64,000 nt of DNA, from NCBI GenBank assembly GCA_964585655.1, contig CAZPER010000007.1:1262-65261 (forward strand), given 5' to 3'. Below the pieces are notes generated by a model. It saw only the letters and a list, made by a program, of their open reading frames with translations. It searched no databases and was not told the DNA's origin. Below are positions 51,587 through 60,226 of the stretch, one piece after another. Both the position numbers and the translations under genes were made by a program. This DNA comes from an uncultured Gemmatimonadaceae bacterium. Its GTDB lineage: Bacteria > Gemmatimonadota > Gemmatimonadetes > Gemmatimonadales > GWC2-71-9. Every line of letters starts with the position of its first letter. Positions within the stretch are counted from its first letter, which is position 1.

Positions 51587-54405
51587 GACGCCGCGCGGCG
51601 CTGCTCGGGCTGTTGCTCTGTGCCGGTGCCGCCACGCCCGCCACCGCGCAGTATTACTTCGCCGGGGAGAACAAGATCCAGTACCGCCGGCTCGACTGGC
51701 AGGTGCTCTCCGGCCAGCGGGTGGACGTGTACTACTACCCGGAGGAAGCGGAGCTCGCACGGGTAGCGCTGGCCTACGCCGAAGAGAGCTACGACGTGCT
51801 GGCGCTCAAGTTCGGGCACACCGTCTCCACCCGGGTGCCGCTCATCGTCTACGCCTCCCACGCCGATTTCGAGCAGACCAACATCCTGCCGTTCACCCCG
51901 CCGGAAGGGCTGCTCGGCGTCACCGACTTCCTCAAGCGCCGGGTGACCCTGCCGTTCCGCGGCAACATGGCGGAGTTCCGGCACACGCTCCGGCATGAGA
52001 TGGTCCACGTCTTCCAGATCAGCCTGCTCTACGATCGCTACTACCGGTCCCCCCGCTCGGCGCAGATGGCCGTCCCGCTCTGGTTCACCGAGGGGCTGGC
52101 GGAACTCTGGTCCGGCGGGGAAGACGCGCGCGACGAGATGATCATGCGGGACCTGGTCTACAGCGGCCGGCTGCCGCGGGTCCAGGATCTCGGGTTCGTC
52201 ACCGGCGGCATCGTTTATCCGCTCGGCGGCCGGCTGCACCGCTGGCTGGCGGACACCTATGGAGACTGGCGGGTGGCGACGCTGTACCGCGAGCTGTGGC
52301 GCTACGAGACCTTCGAGGAGGCGGTTGCGGGGACCTATGGCCGCTCGCTGCCGGAGCTCAACGAGGAGTTCCAGGACGCGATGCGGCGCCAGTACTACCC
52401 GCTGATCGAGGGGCGGGCATCCCTCCCCGCGTCGGGGCGCCTCATCGCGCGGGCCGCCATCAAGCCCGCCTATTCTCCGAATGACAGCAGCGGCGGCGAC
52501 CTCGTCTTCGCATCGGCGGGCAACGGGTTCGTGACCCTGGTGGAGACCCCGATCGACGGCGGCTCGAGGGAGGCGCTGGTGACCTCGGGCCGCAGCTCCA
52601 CCTTCGAGAACCTGCACGCCTTCGACTCCCGGGTGGATGCCTCCCGGCCGGGGCTGCTGCTGCTCAGCTCCCGGTTCCGGGATCGCGACGCCCTGATCGT
52701 CTTCGACCGCGACGCGCGCAAGATCGTGGGCCGGTATCAGTTTCCCGAGCTGGTCTCGATACTCTCGCCCACCTGGATGCCCGATGGCCGCGCGGTGGTC
52801 TTCAGTGGCCTGTCGGCGGCCGGAATCTCCGATCTCTACCGGGTGTCCCTCCCGGATGGCACCCTCGAGCGCCTGACCAACGACCACTACCAGGACGTGG
52901 ACCCGAGCGTGAGCCCCGACGGGCGCCGGATCGTGTTCGCCTCCGACCGGACGGCCCACGGCCTGGATGACGCGGTCAACCTCTTCGTGCTGGAGTTCGA
53001 CAGCGGCGCCATTCGCCAGCTGACCTCCGGCCGGTGGGTGGACGAGAGCCCGGTCTGGGCCACGGCGGATCGCGTCCTCTTCAGCTCCGGGCGGGACGGC
53101 GTGCTCAACGTCTTCTCGGTCGATACCCTCGGCGTGGGGCGACGGGAGACCTCGGTCTGGACCGGCGCCTTCGATGGCGCCCCGATCCCGGGCCGGGACG
53201 CATTCCTGGCGACCGGGTTCAACGACCTGGGCCTCGGGGTATACCTGCTGAGCGGCGACTCCGCCGCCCAGGCCGAGCGATTCGAGCTGGGGGAGGTCGC
53301 GCCCCACAGCGAGTGGCGATGGCCCGAAGGAGCCGGTGGCGAACTGGCCCACGCCTCCACCCGGCCCTACCGGCGGAAGTACACCCTGGACTTCGCGGCC
53401 GGTGACTTTGTCTATGCCCCCCGGATCGGGACCGGGCAGGGCGCCACCTTCCTGGTGAGCGACCTGCTCAGCGACAACCTGTTCTATGCCAGCGTGAGCA
53501 CGTACCAGGGCCGCGAGTTCCGTAGCCTGTTCGAGAACACCAGCCTCCTGGGCCTGTACCTCAATCAGACCCGGAGACTGAACTGGGGTGTCGGGGCATT
53601 CCGCTTCAAGGGCAACCAGTACGTCGGCGACTTCGCCGCCGCCTACACCGAAAGCGCGGCCGGCGGCTTCGGCCTGCTGCGTTATCCGTTGTCCCGTTTT
53701 TCCCGGGTCGAGGCCCAAGTGGTGGTGCAGCATTCCGACCGGACCGACTTCACCCTCCCGGTGGACGAGCCGCGGCGGGTCGGGTGGATCGCCTCGCAGT
53801 ACCTGTCATTCATTCACACCAACGCCCTCTGGACTCCGAGCGGGCCGATCGACGGCCACCTGCTGGCACTGACCGCGGGCATCTCCAGCGACTTCAGCAA
53901 CTCCCGATTCGACGGCTACACCACCGCGCTCGATGCCCGGCAGTACCTCCGCCTCGCGGGGCGCACCGCGGTGGCCCTGCGCGGGTTCGGGTTTTACAGC
54001 GGTGGGGATCGCCCGGAGCGGGTCAACATCGGCGGCACGCTCGCCCTGCGCGGGTACCCGAATTACGGCTACATTATCGGTGCCAAGGCCTGGATGGTGA
54101 ACTCTGAACTGCGCTTCCCGCTGCTCGACTGGTTCACCCTGGCGACCCCGGCTGGCCCCATCAGGTTTCCGGAGGTGCAGGGGGCGCTCTTCGTCGATGC
54201 CGGCCGCAGCTGGTTCTCCACCGATGAGCAGCGTGCCATCCTCGGGAGCTACGGGGTGAGCTTCCGGTGGCCGCTCGTTCCCGGGCTGGTGCTCCGGCTG
54301 GATTGGGGCCGCCGGTGGAGTGACGACAACTTCCGGGGCTATGGATTGACGCGGGAGCAGCGACGGCGCAGCTTCGTGTCCTTCTTCTTCGGGTATAACT
54401 ACTGA
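51583..54405 (+). CDS. Omp85/BamA-family outer-membrane protein with N-terminal gluzincin-like peptidase and TolB-like (PD40) propeller
   Basis: Signal peptide; HEMVH and WFTEGLAE; SPDGRRIVFASDR repeats; LRGY loop-6 motif; C-terminal FFFGYNY. Confidence 0.85.
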   Translation: MRRRAALLGLLLCAGAATPATAQYYFAGENKIQYRRLDWQVLSGQRVDVYYYPEEAELARVALAYAEESYDVLALKFGHTVSTRVPLIVYASHADFEQTNILPFTPPEGLLGVTDFLKRRVTLPFRGNMAEFRHTLRHEMVHVFQISLLYDRYYRSPRSAQMAVPLWFTEGLAELWSGGEDARDEMIMRDLVYSGRLPRVQDLGFVTGGIVYPLGGRLHRWLADTYGDWRVATLYRELWRYETFEEAVAGTYGRSLPELNEEFQDAMRRQYYPLIEGRASLPASGRLIARAAIKPAYSPNDSSGGDLVFASAGNGFVTLVETPIDGGSREALVTSGRSSTFENLHAFDSRVDASRPGLLLLSSRFRDRDALIVFDRDARKIVGRYQFPELVSILSPTWMPDGRAVVFSGLSAAGISDLYRVSLPDGTLERLTNDHYQDVDPSVSPDGRRIVFASDRTAHGLDDAVNLFVLEFDSGAIRQLTSGRWVDESPVWATADRVLFSSGRDGVLNVFSVDTLGVGRRETSVWTGAFDGAPIPGRDAFLATGFNDLGLGVYLLSGDSAAQAERFELGEVAPHSEWRWPEGAGGELAHASTRPYRRKYTLDFAAGDFVYAPRIGTGQGATFLVSDLLSDNLFYASVSTYQGREFRSLFENTSLLGLYLNQTRRLNWGVGAFRFKGNQYVGDFAAAYTESAAGGFGLLRYPLSRFSRVEAQVVVQHSDRTDFTLPVDEPRRVGWIASQYLSFIHTNALWTPSGPIDGHLLALTAGISSDFSNSRFDGYTTALDARQYLRLAGRTAVALRGFGFYSGGDRPERVNIGGTLALRGYPNYGYIIGAKAWMVNSELRFPLLDWFTLATPAGPIRFPEVQGALFVDAGRSWFSTDEQRAILGSYGVSFRWPLVPGLVLRLDWGRRWSDDNFRGYGLTREQRRRSFVSFFFGYNY

Positions 54406-55115
54406 TGCCGCAATGGTTTCGGCTTGACCGCCCCGTGGGGGTGGCCTATCTTGCCCTCGGGATCGCCGGGTGTACGCCGAGCCAGCCGGCCCTGGCGCCG
54501 GTCGGGTTGGTCGCCGTCGAGCCGGGCCGGGTTGCCGAATGGGTGTCCCGGACCACCCCAGCCCGCGGCGCGATGCACCGGTTCACCTGGCTGTATCAGG
54601 ACGAGCAAGCCAGCAAGGGGGGCCGTGGCAGTGTGCGGATCGCGCCCCCCGACTCCCTCCGGTTTGATTTCGCCGGGTCGCTGGGGATCGGCAAGGGCAC
54701 CGCGGCCGTCGTGGGAGATTCCGCGATCTGGGTCGTGCCGGAACGGTCGGTCGAGGAACTGGTGCCCGGCATCGCGCTGCTCTGGGCCGTGCTCGGGGTG
54801 GCGGAGCGCCCGCCGGAGGGCGCCCGGCTGCTGGGGCTGGAGTCGGAGGGGAAGGCGGCCTGGCAGTATGTCACGGCCGACGACACCGTCACCTACGTCC
54901 GGAGTGGGTCCGATCCCGTGACCCTCGCCGCGGAAGTGCGGCGGAGCGGCAAGGTGGTGGGCCGGACCAGCATGACGATGAAGGCTGATGGTACGCCGAT
55001 CAAGGCCCGGCTCTCGGTGCCGAGCGTGCCGTCCAAACTGGAGATCACATTCTACGCGACGGTTCCCACTGCAGCCTTCCCGCCTGAGATCTGGGCTCGT
55101 CCGGTCGAGCCTTAG
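54405..55115 (+). CDS. Hypothetical lipoprotein (possible LolA/LolB-like fold)
   Basis: Lipobox IAGC; beta-rich with IAPPDSLRFD pattern; fold assignment is inference. Confidence 0.7.
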   Translation: MPQWFRLDRPVGVAYLALGIAGCTPSQPALAPVGLVAVEPGRVAEWVSRTTPARGAMHRFTWLYQDEQASKGGRGSVRIAPPDSLRFDFAGSLGIGKGTAAVVGDSAIWVVPERSVEELVPGIALLWAVLGVAERPPEGARLLGLESEGKAAWQYVTADDTVTYVRSGSDPVTLAAEVRRSGKVVGRTSMTMKADGTPIKARLSVPSVPSKLEITFYATVPTAAFPPEIWARPVEP

Positions 55116-55584
55116 CGCCCTGCTGCTCGCCGGGTGCTTCTACGGCTTCAAGGGGGGCGGGTTCCCGCCGGAGATCAAGACCGTCGCCATCCTGCCGTTC
55201 GATAATCTCACTCCCGAACCCACCCTCACCCAGGAAGTGGCGGATTCGGTCCGCGCCGCGGTGCAGGGCCGCCTGGGCCTGCGCCAGGCGGGCGAGGCGA
55301 CCGCGGATGCCGTGGTCCGGGGGAGCATCTCGCGCTACGAACCCGATGTGCCGGTGGCGTTCACCGGCGGCAACAACAGCCAGGTGACGGTCACCAAGCG
55401 GCTGGTGCAGATGACGGTCTCGGTCGAAATCGTGGACCGCGATGGCAAGACGCTCTGGCAGCGGAATGGCCTGAGCGTGGAAGGGGAGTACGAACCCGGT
55501 TCGGAGACCGAAGCCCGTGCCCGGGGGCGCGCCCTGAGCAAGCTGGTGACCAATATCGTGGATGGAGCGCAGTCCCAATGGTGA
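55084..55584 (+). CDS. lptE: LPS assembly lipoprotein LptE-like; probable CTG start
   Basis: Lipobox LAGC followed by FYGFKGGGFP, IKTVAILPFDN, ADAVVRGSI..Y, V.VEIVD...LWQ, NIVDGAQSQW. Confidence 0.8.
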   Translation: MRSGLVRSSLSALLLAGCFYGFKGGGFPPEIKTVAILPFDNLTPEPTLTQEVADSVRAAVQGRLGLRQAGEATADAVVRGSISRYEPDVPVAFTGGNNSQVTVTKRLVQMTVSVEIVDRDGKTLWQRNGLSVEGEYEPGSETEARARGRALSKLVTNIVDGAQSQW

Positions 55585-55949
55585 CGTCCAGGTCTTCCTC
55601 GCGCCGCGGCGCGAGCACATCAGGCTGCCTGGTGTCGCTGGTGATCCTCGTGGCGGGGGTCTATTACGGCATCCACCTGGGCCAGCCCTGGTTCCGCTAC
55701 TACCAGCTGGTGGACGAGATGCGGGTCTCCGCCCGCCTCGCGCCGACGCTGAGCGACGGGGTGATCCGCCGCCGCCTGGAGGCCAAGGCCGATGAGCTCG
55801 GCCTGCCCCCCGAGGCGAAGAAGTTCCAGATCACCCGTTCCGGCAAGCCGCGCCGCATCATCATCACGACCCAGTACAGCGAGACGGTCTCCGTGCCCCT
55901 CCTGACGCACACCTTCGTGTACACCCCCACGGCCGAAGAGCCGCTGTGA
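55578..55949 (+). CDS. Small membrane-anchored protein with pilin-like N-terminus (DUF4845-like)
   Basis: Basic RRG followed by a hydrophobic helix; family assignment is tentative. Confidence 0.65.
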   Translation: MVTSRSSSRRGASTSGCLVSLVILVAGVYYGIHLGQPWFRYYQLVDEMRVSARLAPTLSDGVIRRRLEAKADELGLPPEAKKFQITRSGKPRRIIITTQYSETVSVPLLTHTFVYTPTAEEPL

Positions 55950-57244
55950 TCCGGTCGGTCTTCCCGCGTTTCCCCCGATCGCTGATCCTGCTGGTTCCCG
56001 TCCTCATCCTCCCCCTGCCGCTGGCCGGGGCGGGGGGGGACGCGGGGCTGCCGAACCTGCTCCTCACCGTCGCGGCGATGCTGGTCGCCGGCAAGCTGCT
56101 GGGTGAGGCGGCGGAACGGATGGGGCTGCCGGCGGTCCTGGGGGAGCTCACGGCGGGGCTCCTGCTGGGGGCCAGCGTGCTGGGCGTGGTGCCCGCCGCC
56201 GGGCAACCCGGCGCCGACCACATCCGGCTGCTGGCCGAACTGGGCGTCATCCTGCTGCTGTTCGAGGTCGGGCTCGAGACCGACCTGAAGGAAATGCTCA
56301 AGGTCGGGCCTGCGGCGCTGGCGGTGGCCGCGGTCGGCGTCGCGGTGCCGTTCGCGCTGGGCTACCTCTACTGGCTGCGCGGCCCGCACGCCGGGACTGC
56401 CGACAGCGGGGACCCGGTCACGGTGGCCATTTTCATCGGCGCGACCCTGACCGCCACCTCGGTCGGCATCACGGCCCGGGTGCTGGGAGATCTTGGCAAG
56501 ATGGACACCGCCGAGGCGCGCATCATCCTCGGCGCCGCGGTCATCGACGACGTGATCGGCCTGGTGATCCTGAGTGTGGTCTCCGGCATCGCGGCCGGTG
56601 GCACGGTGACGGTGGCCGGCGTGGGGGGCACCTTCGCCGTGGCCGTGGGCTTCCTGGTCGCGGCGGTGGTGCTCGGCAACCTGCTGGTGCCGCGCGTCGC
56701 CGACCGGGTGGTCCGGATGCGCGCCCGGGGGATCGTGGTGGGGACCTCGATCGCCTTCGCGCTGGCGCTCGCCGCGCTGGCGGCCCAGGTGGGGTCGGCG
56801 CTCATCATCGGCGCCTTTGCCGCGGGGCTCATCCTGCGGGAGACGAAACACGCTGCGACGGTCGAGCATGAGGTGCAGCCGGTGGCCGCGCTCCTCGCCC
56901 CGATCTTCTTCGTGAACGTGGGAGCCGCGGCCGATGTTACGCTGCTGGATCCGACCCGGCCGGGCGCCGGCACGGTGCTCCTGGTCGCGGGGACCCTGAC
57001 GCTCATCGCCATCGTGGGCAAGCTGGTGGCGGGGTGGGGCGCCCCGTGGGTCCGGTTCCACCGCCTGACCGTCGGGGCGGGCATGGTCCCGCGCGGTGAG
57101 GTGGGCCTGATCTTCGCGGACGTGGGGCGCCAGGCCGGTCTCTTGAGCGAAACCACGTTCAGCATCGTGCTGCTCATGGTCATGGCCACGACCTTCGTCG
57201 CTCCGGTGGCGCTCAAGGTAATATTTGCCCGCAGCGGCGGCTGA
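55946..57244 (+). CDS. Cation:proton antiporter (CPA2 family)
   Basis: PAVLGELTAGLLLG, LLFEVGLETD, ATSVGITARVL, AAVIDDV, PIFFV.VG, GMVPRGEV. Confidence 0.93.
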   Translation: MIRSVFPRFPRSLILLVPVLILPLPLAGAGGDAGLPNLLLTVAAMLVAGKLLGEAAERMGLPAVLGELTAGLLLGASVLGVVPAAGQPGADHIRLLAELGVILLLFEVGLETDLKEMLKVGPAALAVAAVGVAVPFALGYLYWLRGPHAGTADSGDPVTVAIFIGATLTATSVGITARVLGDLGKMDTAEARIILGAAVIDDVIGLVILSVVSGIAAGGTVTVAGVGGTFAVAVGFLVAAVVLGNLLVPRVADRVVRMRARGIVVGTSIAFALALAALAAQVGSALIIGAFAAGLILRETKHAATVEHEVQPVAALLAPIFFVNVGAAADVTLLDPTRPGAGTVLLVAGTLTLIAIVGKLVAGWGAPWVRFHRLTVGAGMVPRGEVGLIFADVGRQAGLLSETTFSIVLLMVMATTFVAPVALKVIFARSGG

Positions 57245-57245
57245 G

Positions 57246-57722
57246 ATGGACAGCTCCGGAAAGATCCGGTCCCGGCAGGAAGCCGCCGCTTGGCGAGAGG
57301 GCCACGAGGGCATCGTCGTGTTCACCAATGGCGTCTTCGACCTGTTGCACCCGGGGCACGTCGCCCTGCTCGAGACGGCCCGGTCGGAGGGGGACGCGCT
57401 GGTGGTCGGGATCAACAGCGACGCGTCAGCGCGCCGCATGGGGAAGGGCCCGGGGCGGCCCGTGGTACCGGCCCTGGCCCGGGCCCGGGTCCTGGCCGCG
57501 ATCGGCGCGGTGGACTGCGTCGTGATCTTCGACGAGGACACCCCGCTGGAGCTGATCCAGGCCCTCGAGCCCGATGTGCTGGTCAAGGGCAGCGACTACA
57601 CCCTCGAGAACACCGTCGGGGCGGATATCGTCACCGCGCGGGGCGGACGGGTGAGGCATGTGACCCTGCAGGATGGTTTTTCCACCACCGCGATCGTGGA
57701 GCGTCTCCGTGGCTCGTCCTGA
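57246..57722 (+). CDS. rfaE2: D-glycero-beta-D-manno-heptose 1-phosphate adenylyltransferase (stand-alone RfaE domain II)
   Basis: VFTNGVFDLLHPGH, GINSDAS, FDEDTP, LVKGSDY, STTAIVER. Confidence 0.93.
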   Translation: MDSSGKIRSRQEAAAWREGHEGIVVFTNGVFDLLHPGHVALLETARSEGDALVVGINSDASARRMGKGPGRPVVPALARARVLAAIGAVDCVVIFDEDTPLELIQALEPDVLVKGSDYTLENTVGADIVTARGGRVRHVTLQDGFSTTAIVERLRGSS

Positions 57723-58419
57723 TGGCCGCCTGCCGGACCAGTTGCGCCCCCTCGTGCTCGAGCGGCGCGCCAATCCCTATGCCGAGGGGTCGTGCCTGAT
57801 CCGGATGGGCGGCACCCTGGTGCATTGCACCGCGACGGTCGAGCAGGGGGCGCCCGGCTGGAAGAAGGGGAGCGGGGAGGGCTGGGTCACCGCCGAGTAC
57901 GCCATGCTGCCCCGCGCCACCGTCGAGCGCACCGACCGCGAACGCCGCGGTCCGGGTGGCCGCACCCAGGAGATCCAGCGGCTCATTGGCCGGTCGCTGC
58001 GCGCTGCCATGGGCACGATGGCGTTCGGGGAGTGGACCATCAAGGTGGACTGCGACGTCCTGACCGCGGACGGTGGCACCCGCACCGCCAGCATCACCGG
58101 GGGCTGCGTGGCCCTCGCCGACGCCTGCGCCTGGCTGGCCCAGCGCGCCGGGATCGCCAATCCGTTCGGCCGCCTGGTGGCCGCCGTCTCGGTCGGGCTG
58201 GTGGAAGGGGAGCCCCGGCTCGACCTGGCCTACCTCGAGGATCGTGATGCCGGGGTGGACGCCAATATCGTCATGGTGCACCCCGACCAGTTCGTGGAAG
58301 TGCAGGGGACTGGTGAGCACGGCACCTTCGCCCGGCCCGAGCTGGACCGGCTCATTGATCTGGCGCATGGCGGCATCCGGGAGCTCTTCGCCGCGCAGCA
58401 GCGGGTGCTCGCGGGATGA
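57709..58419 (+). CDS. rph: Ribonuclease PH
   Basis: RPDGR..DQLRP, AEGS, WVTAEYAMLPRAT, GRTQEIQRLIGRSLR, DCDVLTADGGTRTASITG. Confidence 0.97.
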   Translation: MARPDGRLPDQLRPLVLERRANPYAEGSCLIRMGGTLVHCTATVEQGAPGWKKGSGEGWVTAEYAMLPRATVERTDRERRGPGGRTQEIQRLIGRSLRAAMGTMAFGEWTIKVDCDVLTADGGTRTASITGGCVALADACAWLAQRAGIANPFGRLVAAVSVGLVEGEPRLDLAYLEDRDAGVDANIVMVHPDQFVEVQGTGEHGTFARPELDRLIDLAHGGIRELFAAQQRVLAG

Positions 58420-59036
58420 AGCTGCTGTTCGCCACCCGGAGCGCGGGGAAGCAGCGGGAAATCCGGCGCATGCTGGAGGCGGCGGGACATGAGGTCGTCT
58501 TCCCTGACGACGCCGGGGTCCCGGAGAGCCCGCTGGAGGAGACCCTGGAGGCGGCGGACAGCTTCGAGACCAATGCCCGGCTCAAGGCCGAGTACTTCCT
58601 CAAGAAGACCGGCCTGCCCACGGCCGCCGACGATTCGGGGCTGGAGGTGTTCGCCCTCGGCGGGCAGCCCGGCGTCCGGTCCAAGCGCTGGGCGGGCGCC
58701 GCCGGCACTCCGCGCCAGGTAGACGAGGCCAACAACGCCGAACTGCTGCGCCGGCTGCTCGGGGCGCCGGAGCCCCGGCGGCGGGCGCGGTATCGCTGTG
58801 CCATCGTCCTGCTGCGCGCCCCGAATGCCTATCCGGAGGTCTTCCACGGCACCTGTGGCGGCCTCATCCTGGAGCAGCCGCGCGGCACCGGCGGCTTCGG
58901 CTACGATCCGCTCTTCCTTTGTGACGAACTGGGGCAGACCTTTGGGGAGGCCAGCGCGGAGGACAAGGACAAGGTGAGTCACCGCGGCCGCGCCCTCGCG
59001 GCGATGGTGCAGGCCCTCGGCGGAGGCGCGGCATGA
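58416..59036 (+). CDS. rdgB: Non-canonical purine NTP pyrophosphatase (RdgB/HAM1)
   Basis: FATRSAGK, NARLKA, ADDSGL, PGVRSKRW, GFGYDPLF, SHRGRAL; rph-rdgB order. Confidence 0.95.
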   Translation: MKLLFATRSAGKQREIRRMLEAAGHEVVFPDDAGVPESPLEETLEAADSFETNARLKAEYFLKKTGLPTAADDSGLEVFALGGQPGVRSKRWAGAAGTPRQVDEANNAELLRRLLGAPEPRRRARYRCAIVLLRAPNAYPEVFHGTCGGLILEQPRGTGGFGYDPLFLCDELGQTFGEASAEDKDKVSHRGRALAAMVQALGGGAA

Positions 59037-59440
59037 TGCGGGGATGGGGTGTCGCCCTGGTCGCCGCGGCCGTCCTGGCCTGCGGCGGCGGGTCGAGTGG
59101 CGGTAGCGTGAACATGGCCGCCTACAACCCGGGCCGTACGCCCACCGAGCTGCAGCGCGGCGCGGCGCTGTACGGCAGCTACTGCGCCTCCTGTCATGGG
59201 GCGCTCGGCAAGGGCCAGGGGCTGGGCCCGCCGCTCCTCGACACCCTCTTCCTGCCGGCGCGCATCAGTGATGCCCAGATGACGAGCGCCATCCTCGCGG
59301 GCTCGCCGCAGCGCCACTGGAACTACGGCGCGATGCCGCCCGTGACCCGGGTGGATCCCGCCGAGGTCCCGCAGGTGGTGGCGTACGTGCGGTGGCTGCA
59401 GTCGGGGTATCACGCGGGCGGCACCACGGGGTCCCCATGA
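59033..59440 (+). CDS. Lipoprotein monoheme cytochrome c
   Basis: Lipobox VLAC; YCASCHG (CxxCH); distal Met in GAMPP. Confidence 0.9.
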   Translation: MMRGWGVALVAAAVLACGGGSSGGSVNMAAYNPGRTPTELQRGAALYGSYCASCHGALGKGQGLGPPLLDTLFLPARISDAQMTSAILAGSPQRHWNYGAMPPVTRVDPAEVPQVVAYVRWLQSGYHAGGTTGSP

Positions 59441-59898
59441 CCGAAGCGAGCGTTGGTGCCCTCCGGGCCCGCATGGCCATCGCCACGCTGAGCCTCATCG
59501 CCGGCACGTCGGCGGTGTATCTGCACATGTACAAGCTGGGGCTGGTCGGGAGCCTCTCCTGCGCCTCCGGTGATGGCTGCAACCGCGCGATGTTCAGCCG
59601 CTGGGGATGGTTCCTGGGGCTCGACGTGGCGCTCATCGGTGTCATCGGCTATGCGTTGCTCCTGGCCGCGAGCATCCTGAGCCTGCAGCCCCGCTGGCAG
59701 GACGCGCGCTGGCCGGCCGCGCTGCTGCTGACCCTGAGCGTCCTCGGCTTTCTCTTCACCCTCCGGCTCAAGTACGGCGAGTTTGTCGTGCTCCGCACCT
59801 TCTGTCCCTGGTGTGCCATCTCCGCGGTCTCCATCACGGTGATCACCGGGCTCTCCATTTATCTCTGGCGCGAGGCAAGCCGGCGTCCCACCGGGTAG
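59437..59898 (+). CDS. Vitamin K epoxide reductase (VKOR) family disulfide-formation protein
   Basis: Loop Cys pair CASGDGC, conserved S in FSRW, active-site FCPWC, 4 TM helices; ATGA overlap. Confidence 0.92.
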   Translation: MTEASVGALRARMAIATLSLIAGTSAVYLHMYKLGLVGSLSCASGDGCNRAMFSRWGWFLGLDVALIGVIGYALLLAASILSLQPRWQDARWPAALLLTLSVLGFLFTLRLKYGEFVVLRTFCPWCAISAVSITVITGLSIYLWREASRRPTG

Positions 59899-59909
59899 CC
59901 GCCCGCGGC

Positions 59910-59938
59910 TTGGCGCCCGGGTACGCCTCGCCTAACTT
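59910..59938 (+). promoter_or_regulatory. Putative promoter of tRNA-Pro
   Basis: TTGGCG, 17 nt, TAACTT. Confidence 0.5.
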
Positions 59939-59954
59939 CGTGCAGCCGGAATCG

Positions 59955-60028
59955 CGGGGCGTAGCTTAGCCCGGTAGAGCGCCTGCTTTGGGAGCAGGAG
60001 GCCGCGGGTTCGAATCCCGCCGCCCCGA
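59955..60028 (+). tRNA. tRNA-Pro (anticodon TGG), CCA not encoded
   Basis: Acceptor CGGGGCG/CGCCCCG + A73, anticodon arm CCTGC-TTTGGGA-GCAGG, T-arm GCGGG-TTCGAAT-CCCGC. Confidence 0.97.
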
Positions 60029-60226
60029 TTCATGGTCTTTCGTTCCGCCACACGGTGAGCAGGAGCCTCTCGCCCCTCCAAGTCGGGGCAACCCCCGATC
60101 CGCGACTGCAGATCCCGACGGTGTGCGGCGTTGGCGGTGGGCTCACGTCCCCTAGACGAACCCGGCTCCCCCGAGGGCCCGGTGCGCGCTCTCCCCCCTG
60201 ACCGACAACCCCTGAAGGCAGCCTCC

